From contig DLHP01000033.1 of the NCBI GenBank assembly GCA_002483285.1, forward strand, positions 22,980-86,979: a stretch of DNA of 64,000 nt. Reading direction: 5' to 3'. Both the position numbers and the translations under genes were made by a program. A model generated the notes under the pieces. It was given only the letters and a program-made list of their open reading frames with translations. It made no database searches and was not told where the DNA came from. This stretch comes from Flavobacterium sp. UBA7665. Its GTDB lineage: Bacteria > Bacteroidota > Bacteroidia > Flavobacteriales > Flavobacteriaceae. This document shows, in pieces, positions 45,916 through 56,412 of the stretch (positions within the stretch are counted from its first letter, which is position 1; the number at the start of each line of letters is the position of its first letter).

Positions 45916-48387
45916 TTAAAATTTATAAGAGAAGTTCGCCGAGACGTTTCTGGGCGCAAGCGGGTGGATTGTTGACCAACCGTCATAAGCCTGCTTGTTG
46001 GTGATGTTGTTTACCTTTATGGTGAGTTGGTAATTCTCGAATCCGTAAAAAGCAGATGCATTGATCATGGTGTAGTCGGGCAGGGTGAAGACGCCCGCCT
46101 TGGTGCGGTTCATGATCTTGTTTTCGCTGGCGTGGTTTCCGCCGAAGCCCAAACCAAAACCGTTGAGTTTCCCCGAAAATTTATAGCTCGCCCAAAGGTT
46201 CGCGAGGTTTTGCGGACCTGCACTTTCTGGTCGGTGTCCTACAAAATCAGGATCACCCGAGGTAAGCAGCGCGTCATTGTAGCTGTAGCCCATAGAAATG
46301 TTGAGCCCGTTGATGGGATTGGCTACAATTTCGGCTTCAAAACCTTTGTTTTCCTGCGCGCCATCTTGGTAGGAAATCTGGGTGGTCGCGCCATAAACCG
46401 TGTAGGCCATGTTTTCTACTTTGGTATCGTAATAGCTCAGTGTAGCAAACAAGCGGTCTTTGAATAGGTTGAGCTTGGTTCCGAACTCTAACTGATAGGC
46501 TTTTTCGGGCGTGTAAGTGCGCGGCAAACGCGTGCCGTCGGGAAGAATGTCTGTTCCCGGTGTTACATTCAAGAATCCATTCATGTAATTGGCAAAAACC
46601 GAAACCTTGTCAATGACCGGCTGGAACACCAAACCAAATTTGGGTGAAAATGCCGTCTGGTTGAAATCGTCATCTTTAGTCAAAATATCCCCCGCGCTGA
46701 TGAAACGATCTACACGTAAACTGGCCATCGCCGAAAGTGCGGGTGTGATGTTGAGCACATCCGAGACGTACGCGCTGTACACTTCCTGTTTGGTTTTTGA
46801 CGCGCTCACGCCAGCCGTAGCGAGCAAGGCAGCAGAACCGGCCTCAGAAAGTACGCCATTGTCGCCGTTGGTCAGGAATAGCGCAGGATCGGTGATGCCA
46901 AAGACATTTGCGTTAACGGTTGGCAAAGGGTCGTTCCCGATATAAATCGAACCGTTGCCCACATAGTTGGTGCCATTGTCGGTATTGGTGCGGTTGAAAT
47001 AATCGAGGCCGGCCACAATGCGGTTGCGCAGTTCCCCGATTTTAAAATCGCCGATGAAATTCTGCTGGATATCGGTAGTAAGGCTCGACGCATTCTGATA
47101 ATTGAAATAACGACCGAGTACCACGCCGTCTGTAATGGCCGGGATGTACTGCGTGGTTTCATACAGATAAGAATAATACCCTTTAGACCTCGAGTGGCTC
47201 CTGGACAATACGGTCTGCGAGCTCCATTGCTCAGAAAGTTTGTAAACCATCTGCGCCTGTAGGTTGAACGAAGGCGTTTCTAAGGTAAGCTCATTACTTG
47301 TGTACGAACGTTTGCTGTCGTATCGCAATTCATTGGTGTTCTTTACGCGAAGCGGTGCGTTGCGATCCAGGAACAGCATAGTTGGGTTGGTGCTCTCGGC
47401 ACTCATGATTTCGGTGTTGATCATAAACAACAAGCGCTCACTGGCCTTATAGGACAATGAAGGCGCTACAAAAAGCGACTTTCTGAAACCAGCGTCCTGA
47501 AAACTGTCTTCATTGTGATAAGCAGCATTCACACGAACGTTAAGCGTCCTGGCGTCATTTACCGGTGTATTCACATCGGCCGTTACACGATTCAGGCCGT
47601 AACTACCCGCGGTGTAAGTGAACTCGCCACCCAAGTAATCGTATGGTTTTTTTGTGGTGATATTGATAAGCCCGCCATAAGAGATGAGGCTGCTGCCAAA
47701 TAAGGTGCCCGATGGTCCTTTGATGACTTCAATCCGTTCAATGTTCGCCGGATCCGGGCTGCCGTTGGTGAGTCCGGGCAAACCGTTGATCATGGTAGGC
47801 TGGACCGCAAATCCGCGGAGCGAGAAATAACCCGCACCATCGCCGCCGCGTCCCGTAGAAACCCAAAGTTGGGTAAGTCCCGGGGCATTTTTGAGTGCGT
47901 CGTTGAAATTGGTAACTACCTGTTCTTTGAGCAATTCGCTGGTGATGGAGGTGTAAACCTGGGCGTTTTCGAGGTTTTTGAGATTCATACGCGACACCTG
48001 CTGGCTTTCTTTCCTGGTGAAAGCATTGGATTTTACTCCGTTAACAGTCACTTCCTTCAGTTCTTCGGAGCTGCGGGTCATGTTAAAATCCTCAATCAGT
48101 TCGTCTCCAGATTTCAATTGGATGCTGCGTTCTTTGGTGGCGTAACCCACTGCAGAAACTTTGAGAATGTATGATCCGGGTTTGATGTTCACGATTTCGT
48201 AAACGCCTTCGGGGTTGGTGATGGTTCCGATGGAAGTGCCTTTTAGGGTAACAGAAATGTTTTCGGCAGTTTCATTAACAGGCAGTATGACTTTGCCTTT
48301 GAGTGTGGCTTGCTGTGCCCACGAATTGGCAGCCAGCAGTAAAAAGATTAGTTGAAAGCAATAGGGTTGAAATAGTTTTTTGCGCAT
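45916..48387 (-). CDS. TonB-dependent siderophore-type receptor
   Basis: N-terminal carboxypeptidase-regulatory-like domain, plug IEVIKGPSGTLFG...GGLIN, C-terminal PRNVSANFSYKF. Confidence 0.92.
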   Translation of the reverse strand: MRKKLFQPYCFQLIFLLLAANSWAQQATLKGKVILPVNETAENISVTLKGTSIGTITNPEGVYEIVNIKPGSYILKVSAVGYATKERSIQLKSGDELIEDFNMTRSSEELKEVTVNGVKSNAFTRKESQQVSRMNLKNLENAQVYTSITSELLKEQVVTNFNDALKNAPGLTQLWVSTGRGGDGAGYFSLRGFAVQPTMINGLPGLTNGSPDPANIERIEVIKGPSGTLFGSSLISYGGLINITTKKPYDYLGGEFTYTAGSYGLNRVTADVNTPVNDARTLNVRVNAAYHNEDSFQDAGFRKSLFVAPSLSYKASERLLFMINTEIMSAESTNPTMLFLDRNAPLRVKNTNELRYDSKRSYTSNELTLETPSFNLQAQMVYKLSEQWSSQTVLSRSHSRSKGYYSYLYETTQYIPAITDGVVLGRYFNYQNASSLTTDIQQNFIGDFKIGELRNRIVAGLDYFNRTNTDNGTNYVGNGSIYIGNDPLPTVNANVFGITDPALFLTNGDNGVLSEAGSAALLATAGVSASKTKQEVYSAYVSDVLNITPALSAMASLRVDRFISAGDILTKDDDFNQTAFSPKFGLVFQPVIDKVSVFANYMNGFLNVTPGTDILPDGTRLPRTYTPEKAYQLEFGTKLNLFKDRLFATLSYYDTKVENMAYTVYGATTQISYQDGAQENKGFEAEIVANPINGLNISMGYSYNDALLTSGDPDFVGHRPESAGPQNLANLWASYKFSGKLNGFGLGFGGNHASENKIMNRTKAGVFTLPDYTMINASAFYGFENYQLTIKVNNITNKQAYDGWSTIHPLAPRNVSANFSYKF

Positions 48388-48395
48388 CGGTTTTT

Positions 48396-48471
48396 ATTTA
48401 GAATGATTTTTAATAATGCAAATGTATCGAAGCGCAACGATACATCCAAATTATTTTTATTGATTCTAAAT
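48396..48471. promoter_or_regulatory. Two Fur-box-like operators flanking the receptor -7 element
   Basis: 48396-48414 (16/19) and 48453-48471 (15/19) match the palindrome ATTTAGAATTATTCTAAAT recalled as the Flavobacteriaceae Fur box; -7 TACATTTG (minus strand) at 48419-48426. Confidence 0.6.
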
Positions 48472-48517
48472 AAAAATACTAACATAAATTACTGAGGTTT
48501 GACAATCATATTGTTGC

Positions 48518-48550
48518 AAAAAAAAACCACCCGAATCTGTGGGTGGCTTT
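48518..48550 (-). terminator. Terminator of the efflux operon
   Basis: A tract plus ccacc.c...gggtgg stem. Confidence 0.6.
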
Positions 48551-48566
48551 ATATGATGAATTTTGG

Positions 48567-51500
48567 TTATGCTTCTGATGCTTCCAGATCGCGGCTTCGC
48601 TGCCTGCGGTCGCGCAACCAGTATTTGGTGCGTTTCACGAGGTAGAACATCACCGGAACCATGACCAAGGTCAATACCGTGGCGTAAGTTAGTCCAAAGA
48701 TGATGGTCCAGGCGAGTGGTCCCCAGAAAATCACGTTGTCACCACCCAGGAACACATGCGGATTCAAATCGGTGATAAGCGAGAAGAAGTCAAAGTTGAG
48801 CCCTATCGCCAGCGGAATCAATCCTAAAACCGCCGTCAAAGCCGTCAACAATACGGGACGCAGACGCGATTTACCCGATTCGATGATGACATCCTTGATT
48901 TCTTCGAGTGTCAGGTCATCGTGCGATTTTACGTCTTTTTCATGCACTTTCTCATCGAGCAAGAGCACGAAGAAGTCCATCAGTACGATACCGTTCTTGA
49001 CCACAATTCCCGCGAGCGAGATGATTCCCATCATCGTCATTAGTATCACAAAATCCATGTTGGCGATCACATATCCGTAGAAAACACCGCTAAAACTCAA
49101 CAGTACCGTGAACAGAATCACGATTGTTTTGGAAACCGAGTTGAACTGCAATACGATAATAATCATAATACCGGCCATAGCCAGGAATAGCGCATACATC
49201 AAGAAACTCTGGTTCTTGCCTTGCTCCTCCTGTACGCCCGAGAACGAGTAACTCACATCACGCGGCATCTGGTAACCGGTAAGGTCGGCCTGGATTTGCT
49301 TAGTGATCTCATCGCCATTAAAACCCGTGAGCACGTTAGAATAAATCGTCATGATCCTTTTCTGGTTCTTGCGTTTGATCATGTTGTAGGTCTCGGTTTT
49401 TTCTGTCGTAGACACCCCCGAAATCGGAACCTGTACAATCTGCCCATTGTTCTGGTTTCTAAACGTAAGCGACTGGTTGAACAATACGCTTTCGTTCTTG
49501 CGCTGGTCTTCCTGCATACGCATCACGATGTTGTAATCATCATCGCCTTCCTTATAGGTTGAGATTTCCTGTCCGTAAACCGAGCGGCGCAGGTTAAATC
49601 CGAGTTGGCCCGTAGAAACGCCCAAACTTCCGGCGTTGACGCGGTCTACTTTTACTTCAAGCTCAGGGCTTTCCTTGTTCACGTCGACTTGCAAACGCTC
49701 AATCCCGGGAATGTTTTTGGCGTTGATGAATGCGATCATCTTATCGGCTTCCTTGAGCATTTGATCATAATCTAGCCCGGTCAATTGGATACTGATCGGA
49801 TAACCGGCTGGCGGACCATCGGCATTTTTCTCAACAATTACAGAAGCGCCCGGAATACCCTTAACCTTGCTGCGGATTTCCTCAAGAATGTCTGCCGTGC
49901 TCACGCCGCGACGGAACTTGAACTCCGAGAAATTCACCGTAACTTTTCCTTTAAACGGAGTTTCAGACGACGATCCTGCATCGACATTGGGATTTCCCGC
50001 ACCGATTCCTACCTGCGACACGATACTTTCTGCGAGGTAATTTTCTTTGGTTTTCGGGTCGATATATTTCTTCATGATGTCAATCACTTGTTTTTCTACG
50101 AACAACGTGGCCTTGTTGGTCTTGCTGATGTCGGTTCCTTGCGGATACTCGATATAAGTGATGACCTGATTTGGGATATTATCCGGGAAGAACAATACTT
50201 TCCTCGGGAAAATACCCAACAAAACAAACGAAAACACCAACATCCCGATGATGCCCAGCAAAGCCAGCCAAGCATTGCGCCCGGTGAGAATTTTAGCCAG
50301 GAATCGCATGTATTTCTGTTCCATCTTTGGGAAGAAACTGTGCTGGAAATCCTGCGTCCATTGGTAAATTTTGAGTCGGTAGAGCCACATCAGCACAAAA
50401 GCAATGATGGCCAAATGCCCAATACCGCGCATGAGTTTCGAGTCGTAAATATTGCCCAGTACCACAAAAATAATAGCGACAATCGTGAAAATAATCGAGT
50501 AGCGTTTGGCCGATTTCTTCGTGACATTTTTGTCCTCAATATCCATCGATCCACCGGTCATGGCCGCGTTGATTACCATCGCCACAAACAGTGAACCTGT
50601 CAGAGTTACCGTGAGCGTAATCGGGAAATATTTCATGAATTTACCCATCGTTCCGGGCCACAAAAGGAAAGGTAAGAATGCCATCAGTGTGGTTGCGGTA
50701 GACGAAATGACCGGCCAGGCAATCTCGCCGATACCAATTTTGGAGGCGTGGTAACGGTCCATGCCTTTCTTCATGTTGGCAAAGACGTTGTCTACCACGA
50801 CAATCCCGTCATCCACGAGCATTCCCAGACCCATAACGAGTCCAAAAAGCACCATGGTATTCAGGGTCAATCCGGCAGCCGACAATATACTAAAGGCAAT
50901 CATCATCGATAACGGAATCGCCGCACCCACAAAAAGCGAGTTGCGCAATCCCATTGTAAACATGAGGACAATCATTACCAGGATAATCCCAAAGATGATG
51001 TGGTTGGAGAGTTCATCTACCTGGTGTTCTACCCGTGACGACTGGTCATTGGTCAGTTTAAGGTGCAAGTCGGCTGGCAGGTACGATTTTTTGGCGGTTT
51101 CGAGCCGTTCTTTGACTTGCTCAATGGCCGAAATCATGTTCTGGCTCGCGCGTTTCTTCACGTTGAGCATCACGACTTCTTTACCGCTTTCGCGCGCAAA
51201 AGTCGTTTTTTCCTTTTCCTTGAAGCTCACCGTGGCGATGTCTTTGAGGTACACCGTTCCGCCGTATGATTTCACGATGACGTTTTCAAGTTCTTTGGGG
51301 TCTTTGATTTCTCCGATGATTCTGATGTTGTTCCTCGAACCCTGCGAGATCAAATTTCCGCCCGAAAGCGTCATGTTCTCGTATTTTACGGCGTTTTGGA
51401 TGTCATCGAATGTGACTTGTGCGGCGGTCATCTTGAAGATGTCTACGGCGATTTCTACTTCTTTGTCATCCACACCCAGAATCACTACGTCTTTGACTTC

Positions 51501-52043
51501 GGGGATTTCTTCGAGGTCATCCTCAATCAGTTTGCCATAGTCCTTTAGTTGCTGCGTGGTGTAATTGCCTTGAAGGTTGATGTTCAAAATCGGCACTTCT
51601 TCTGAAATGTTGAGTTCAAAGACGCTCGGTTCTACTTTCCCGCCGTTATCGAGGTTGGGCCAGTCGGTGTCGGCCTTGACCAGGTCTACTTTGTCTTTGG
51701 TTTTTTCCTTGGCCTGCTCAATAGAGACCTTATCGGCAAATTCTACTACGATCATCCCGTAATCCTGGAACGACGATGAGGTGATCTTGTCTACGCCGCT
51801 GATGTTCTTGATTTCCTTTTCAAGCGGCTTGATGATGAGTTTCTCGACATCTTCGGCCGAATTCCCGGGGAACACAGACGAGATGTAAATTTTATTTTCA
51901 ATAATCTCCGGGAAATCCTCGCGCGGCATGGTGACATACGCGATCAAACCCGTGATGACGATCAATACGGTGAATATATAGACGGTGACCCGATTGTCTA
52001 CTGCCCAGCTTGAAATGCTGAATTCGTGTTTTTTCTGACTCAT
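48567..52043 (-). CDS. RND efflux transporter permease (AcrB family)
   Basis: LVDDGIVVVDN, GIVVKNGIVLMDF, SRLRPVLLTALT. Confidence 0.93.
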   Translation of the reverse strand: MSQKKHEFSISSWAVDNRVTVYIFTVLIVITGLIAYVTMPREDFPEIIENKIYISSVFPGNSAEDVEKLIIKPLEKEIKNISGVDKITSSSFQDYGMIVVEFADKVSIEQAKEKTKDKVDLVKADTDWPNLDNGGKVEPSVFELNISEEVPILNINLQGNYTTQQLKDYGKLIEDDLEEIPEVKDVVILGVDDKEVEIAVDIFKMTAAQVTFDDIQNAVKYENMTLSGGNLISQGSRNNIRIIGEIKDPKELENVIVKSYGGTVYLKDIATVSFKEKEKTTFARESGKEVVMLNVKKRASQNMISAIEQVKERLETAKKSYLPADLHLKLTNDQSSRVEHQVDELSNHIIFGIILVMIVLMFTMGLRNSLFVGAAIPLSMMIAFSILSAAGLTLNTMVLFGLVMGLGMLVDDGIVVVDNVFANMKKGMDRYHASKIGIGEIAWPVISSTATTLMAFLPFLLWPGTMGKFMKYFPITLTVTLTGSLFVAMVINAAMTGGSMDIEDKNVTKKSAKRYSIIFTIVAIIFVVLGNIYDSKLMRGIGHLAIIAFVLMWLYRLKIYQWTQDFQHSFFPKMEQKYMRFLAKILTGRNAWLALLGIIGMLVFSFVLLGIFPRKVLFFPDNIPNQVITYIEYPQGTDISKTNKATLFVEKQVIDIMKKYIDPKTKENYLAESIVSQVGIGAGNPNVDAGSSSETPFKGKVTVNFSEFKFRRGVSTADILEEIRSKVKGIPGASVIVEKNADGPPAGYPISIQLTGLDYDQMLKEADKMIAFINAKNIPGIERLQVDVNKESPELEVKVDRVNAGSLGVSTGQLGFNLRRSVYGQEISTYKEGDDDYNIVMRMQEDQRKNESVLFNQSLTFRNQNNGQIVQVPISGVSTTEKTETYNMIKRKNQKRIMTIYSNVLTGFNGDEITKQIQADLTGYQMPRDVSYSFSGVQEEQGKNQSFLMYALFLAMAGIMIIIVLQFNSVSKTIVILFTVLLSFSGVFYGYVIANMDFVILMTMMGIISLAGIVVKNGIVLMDFFVLLLDEKVHEKDVKSHDDLTLEEIKDVIIESGKSRLRPVLLTALTAVLGLIPLAIGLNFDFFSLITDLNPHVFLGGDNVIFWGPLAWTIIFGLTYATVLTLVMVPVMFYLVKRTKYWLRDRRQRSRDLEASEA

Positions 52044-52050
52044 ATATTTT

Positions 52051-52083
52051 GGTTGTTGGTTGTCGGTTGTCGGTTGTCGGCTG
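52051..52083. repeat. Heptamer tandem repeat (ggttgtc) x4
   Basis: Read directly between the MFP and RND genes. Confidence 0.8.
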
Positions 52084-52120
52084 AGTGTATCAACCGACAA
52101 CTTTCAACTGTCAAAGATTT

Positions 52121-53263
52121 TTAGAAATTCAGTTTCATCCCTTCAGAAATCGTGGCGGCACCTTCTGTAACAATCAATTCATTAGCCGTAAGCCCGCTTA
52201 GGATTTCGGTGTAGTTGTTGGCCGATTGCCCCGTTTTTACCACCACTTTCTTGGCCACGCCTTTTTTCCCGTTGACTTGCTCGGCTACAAAAACAAACTG
52301 GTTGTTCTGGCCATCCTGCTGGATTACACCGGTTGGAACCACAAGCGCATTTTTGGCCGTATAGTCGATGATTTTGAGTTTGGCCACCTGGTTGGGACGC
52401 AACAAATTCTCGTTGTTGGGAACCGCTACTTCGATACTGAAGGTGCGGTTGTTGGGGTTGATGTTGTTGGCCACCTGGCGGATTTTCCCCACATAGGTTT
52501 TGCCAAGCGATGACAGCTCTACATCTACAGTAGTTCCCACTTTCAGTTTACCGATATACGATTCGGGAACCGACGTAGACACATACATATTGTTGAGGTT
52601 CACCACCCTAACGATGCCTTGTCCCGGCGCAACGACCGATCCTTTTTCTGTAATGATTTCATCCACAACACCCGTAAATGGCGCCGTGATTACCGTTTTG
52701 GCCAGTTGGGCCTTCACTTGCGAAACCGCTTTTTGTTGGCTCAACATATTGGTTTGTGCCTGCAAATACTGGATCTCCGACCCGATTTTCTGGTCCCACA
52801 AACGTTTTTGTCTTTCAAAAGTTGTCTTGGCCAGTGCGAGTTGGGTTTCGAGTTGTGCCACTTGTTGGCCCAATCCGCCGTCGTCTATTTTACCCAAAAC
52901 CTGTCCTTTGCTCACTTTTTGTCCGGCAATTACGTTGAGCGCTACCAATGTCCCTGAAAACTGTGGGTAAACAATGAGGTTTTCTTTGGTATCCACATTT
53001 CCCTGCACTTCGAGGTAATGATTGAAAACCGTGTCTTGTACCGCCGCTACAGAAACAAGTGCTTCGGCAGCTTTTGTGGTGTCTAGCGTGGCCAAAGCCG
53101 CGTCGATTTTGGTGATGTCGGCTTGCAAAGCGCTCCTTTTGGCTTGGATGGCTTTGAGGTCTTTGGACGCGATGATGGCATCGATGCCCTGGTTGTCTTT
53201 TGGGCCGCAAGCTGCCAGCAAAAGTGCGGTGACGCTTAAGAGCAGTATTCTTTTCGTGGTCAT
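52121..53263 (-). CDS. RND periplasmic adaptor (MFP) lipoprotein
   Basis: LLLAAC lipobox, biotinyl-like GQKVSKGQVL, ITAPFTGVV. Confidence 0.92.
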   Translation of the reverse strand: MTTKRILLLSVTALLLAACGPKDNQGIDAIIASKDLKAIQAKRSALQADITKIDAALATLDTTKAAEALVSVAAVQDTVFNHYLEVQGNVDTKENLIVYPQFSGTLVALNVIAGQKVSKGQVLGKIDDGGLGQQVAQLETQLALAKTTFERQKRLWDQKIGSEIQYLQAQTNMLSQQKAVSQVKAQLAKTVITAPFTGVVDEIITEKGSVVAPGQGIVRVVNLNNMYVSTSVPESYIGKLKVGTTVDVELSSLGKTYVGKIRQVANNINPNNRTFSIEVAVPNNENLLRPNQVAKLKIIDYTAKNALVVPTGVIQQDGQNNQFVFVAEQVNGKKGVAKKVVVKTGQSANNYTEILSGLTANELIVTEGAATISEGMKLNF

Positions 53264-53313
53264 GATTGGATTGATTTTCTTATTTGGTCTCATTTTTATA
53301 AGGGTTGCGATTG

Positions 53314-54681
53314 TTATTTGTTGATTACGGTTTCAAGGGTTGCTTTTTTGTTGATGATGTTCACCATAGACTGCAGGTAATTTTGCTGTGCGGTGTACAA
53401 CTGTCTTTGAGCCTCCGAGAAATCGAAGCTTGAAGACAAACCTTCGGTGAATTTGATCTGCTGTTTCTTTTCAATCCTTTCGGCTAGGTTCAGGTTGCTT
53501 TTGGCGGTGTTGAATTCCTCAATCGAGAACTCGTACTCGCTTTTGGCACTTTCATATTGCAAACGAAGTTTTTGCTCTGATTCTGTAAGTTGGGTTTTGG
53601 CTTGTTCAAAAGCAATCTTGGCTTGTTGCGTCCTTGAACTTCTGGCAAAACTGCTAAAGATGGGGATGTTGAGGTTCACGCCAAAGCTCGAGAAATTGTA
53701 GTATTTCTGGTTTTTGAAATAGAAATTGAAATCTTCATCAAAAGCATTGTAACCAAAATTGAGATTGGCCGAAAGGCTTGGCAACGCTTTGCTTTTTTGC
53801 AACTTGTATTCTAAGCGGCGTTGTTCCTTGAAATTTTCGGCAATCTGGTAGTTCACATTGTTGGTCATATTGAACTCGTCCTTGGCAAAAGCCATGTCAA
53901 GGTTGTTAACCGTTAGCTGGTCTAGCTTGTCGGTGAGAGTCAATTCATCGTTGATGTCAATCCCAACAGCAATCTTAAGCATCTTATAGGCAATATCGAG
54001 CGTGCGTTTGGTGTTGTTGAGGTTGCTCTCTAAAGAAGAAAGTGTGATTTGCAACTGCTCTACATTTTCTTCTTCAATTAAGCCGTTCTTGAAAGTCTCC
54101 CTGGTGTCAGAAAAGGTCTTCGATAAAGTGGCTTTGTTTTTTTCGAGAATCGCGATGCTTTCTTCGGCCAGCAAGACATTTCCGTAAGAACTAATGACCA
54201 TCTCCTTTACATCGGTAGTGGTTTTGCGTTTCATGTTCTCATAATATTTGAGGTAGGTTTTAGAAGCCTGCAAAGCCACAATATAAGAGCCGTCAAACAG
54301 CAATTGGTTCAAAGTAGCGCGCGCATTTACCGAATGTTTCGGGCTAAAGGCCACGGCAGCGAAAGTGCCCGCTGGAGCAGTTGGGTCTAAAAATTGCGCC
54401 GGAATCACAGAAAGCGGCACAGCTAGATTGTCGGTATAATCAACATTGGCGGCAATCTGCGGCAATCCACTCGCGGTGGTTTCCCATTTCTTTTGTTTGG
54501 CGGCTTCAATATCGCGCGCGGCGTTAATTGCGCTGTAATTGTGCTCTAAAGCGTGGCTGATGGCCTGTTGCAACGAAAACGAGTACGACTGTTTTTGCTG
54601 CAAACCGCCGGTGTTACCCGAGCCTTGTGCATTTGCTGTGAGTGCAAAAACAATACTGGCGAATAAAATGAACTGTTTCAT
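53314..54681 (-). CDS. TolC-family outer membrane channel
   Basis: SLQQAISHALEHN, two OEP repeats, operon context. Confidence 0.9.
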   Translation of the reverse strand: MKQFILFASIVFALTANAQGSGNTGGLQQKQSYSFSLQQAISHALEHNYSAINAARDIEAAKQKKWETTASGLPQIAANVDYTDNLAVPLSVIPAQFLDPTAPAGTFAAVAFSPKHSVNARATLNQLLFDGSYIVALQASKTYLKYYENMKRKTTTDVKEMVISSYGNVLLAEESIAILEKNKATLSKTFSDTRETFKNGLIEEENVEQLQITLSSLESNLNNTKRTLDIAYKMLKIAVGIDINDELTLTDKLDQLTVNNLDMAFAKDEFNMTNNVNYQIAENFKEQRRLEYKLQKSKALPSLSANLNFGYNAFDEDFNFYFKNQKYYNFSSFGVNLNIPIFSSFARSSRTQQAKIAFEQAKTQLTESEQKLRLQYESAKSEYEFSIEEFNTAKSNLNLAERIEKKQQIKFTEGLSSSFDFSEAQRQLYTAQQNYLQSMVNIINKKATLETVINK

Positions 54682-54702
54682 AGATTGATTGATATATATT
54701 GG

Positions 54703-55284
54703 TTAAAGGTGTTTTTCTAATTCTGCGAGGCCTTTTTCGGTGGCAATGGCGCGGGTATGGTATTCAAGGATGGCGAGTTCGAGCTCCTGTGTTTCCTTCT
54801 CGCTAATCGTGTTTTCATTGACCTGGAACACAAGCGTGTAATAAAAGCGCGTGACAGTTTCTATGTTGAGGTCTTCGCGGTACAAACCCAAGGCGATTCC
54901 TTTTACAATGTTCTGTCTGAGGAAGGTGCTGCAGTCCTCCATCTCCTTGCACATCATTTTGGCGTGGATTTCGGGATAGTGTTTTTTAAGTTGGTACAAA
55001 GGCGAAGTATCGGCGGCCTGGAATAACGTCTTGAACATTTTGCGGATCTCGAAATTTTCTCGGATTGGGTTGTATTGCTGCGAGAGGATGTTCTCGATGG
55101 CTACATCAATGGTTTGGTGCATCGTCTCAACAGTTTCCTCAATGAGGATTTCCTTGTTGCCAAAATATTTGTAGATGGTTTTTTTAGAAATTCCCATTTC
55201 GGCTGCAATGTCATCCATGGTCACGCTTTTAAAGCCGAGCTTAAGGAACAGGTCTGTTGCTTTGGTGATGATTTTATCTTTCAT
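54703..55284 (-). CDS. TetR/AcrR family regulator
   Basis: GFKSVTMDDIAAEMGISKKTIYKYF. Confidence 0.93.
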   Translation of the reverse strand: MKDKIITKATDLFLKLGFKSVTMDDIAAEMGISKKTIYKYFGNKEILIEETVETMHQTIDVAIENILSQQYNPIRENFEIRKMFKTLFQAADTSPLYQLKKHYPEIHAKMMCKEMEDCSTFLRQNIVKGIALGLYREDLNIETVTRFYYTLVFQVNENTISEKETQELELAILEYHTRAIATEKGLAELEKHL

Positions 55285-55327
55285 TTTAGGGAATGCGTAT
55301 TGTTAAATTTTGGGGCAAAAGTAACAT

Positions 55328-55355
55328 GGAAACTTTTAACACGAAAATAGTTTCC
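55328..55355. promoter_or_regulatory. Probable TetR operator
   Basis: ggaaact-N14-agtttcc inverted repeat beside a minus-strand -7 element (55316-55323). Confidence 0.5.
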
Positions 55356-55437
55356 AAAGTTTTTACATTTATTTAACATTTGATTTACACTGTTTGTAAT
55401 GCGCGGCGAATGCTGTACCTTAGCCGAAAATTTTGCT

Positions 55438-56412
55438 ATGCACTCGGTTAAACAGTATCAGGAGTTTATAACGGATTACCTTCAATCCCAACACTTAGGG
55501 AGGCAACCTGAAAATTTATACGCTCCCATCCAGTACATTTTAAGCCTCGGAGGTAAGCGGATGCGTCCCATTCTTACGCTGATGGCGGCAGAAATTTTCG
55601 ACACCGATTACAAAAAGGCGTTGCCTGCTGCGCTGGCCGTAGAAGTCTTCCACAACTTCTCGCTAATCCACGACGACATCATGGACGATGCACCTTTACG
55701 CCGCGGACACGAAACCGTACACGAAAAATGGGACCTCAATACCGGCATCCTCTCTGGCGATGCCATGCTGATCCTGGCTTACCAATATTTCGAGCAATAC
55801 GAACCTTCGGTATTTCGCGATCTTGCTAAACTATTTAGCAAAACCGCGCTCGAAGTCTGCGAAGGCCAGCAATGGGATGTGGATTTTGAAGGACGGGACG
55901 ATGTCACCATTGCCGAATACCTCAAAATGATCGAGTACAAGACGGCGGTTTTGGTGGCAGCTGCGATGAAAATGGGCGCCATTATTGCCGGGACTTCTGA
56001 GCAAAATGCCAACCTGATTTATGAATTCGGATGCAACCTCGGTGTCGCCTTCCAGTTGCAGGATGATTACCTCGATGCTTTTGGCAATCCAGAAACTTTC
56101 GGGAAGCAAGTGGGTGGCGACATCATCGAAAACAAAAAGACCTATTTGTACCTTAAAGCCGTCGAGTTTGCCTCGGCCACCACGAAAGAACAACTCTTGC
56201 ATTTGTTCTCTATCCAACCCCAAGACAACACCGACAAGATCGAATCGGTCAAGGCCATCTTCAACGAAACCGGTGCATCCAAAGCCACGCAAGAAGCGAT
56301 AGCAGACTATACCCAACGCGCTTTCGAAACCCTCGATAACCTCAATATCGGTGCCGACAAAAAAGCCATATTGCGCGCCTTTGGACAAAACCTCATGGGC
56401 AGAAATGTTTAG
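55438..56412 (+). CDS. Polyprenyl (FPP/GGPP) synthetase
   Basis: GGKRMRP, HDDIMDD...RRG, QDDYLD. Confidence 0.93.
   Translation: MHSVKQYQEFITDYLQSQHLGRQPENLYAPIQYILSLGGKRMRPILTLMAAEIFDTDYKKALPAALAVEVFHNFSLIHDDIMDDAPLRRGHETVHEKWDLNTGILSGDAMLILAYQYFEQYEPSVFRDLAKLFSKTALEVCEGQQWDVDFEGRDDVTIAEYLKMIEYKTAVLVAAAMKMGAIIAGTSEQNANLIYEFGCNLGVAFQLQDDYLDAFGNPETFGKQVGGDIIENKKTYLYLKAVEFASATTKEQLLHLFSIQPQDNTDKIESVKAIFNETGASKATQEAIADYTQRAFETLDNLNIGADKKAILRAFGQNLMGRNV

Noticed and set aside
48567-55284. RND efflux operon as a novel system
   Set aside because: Standard TetR-TolC-MFP-AcrB arrangement with host-like composition.
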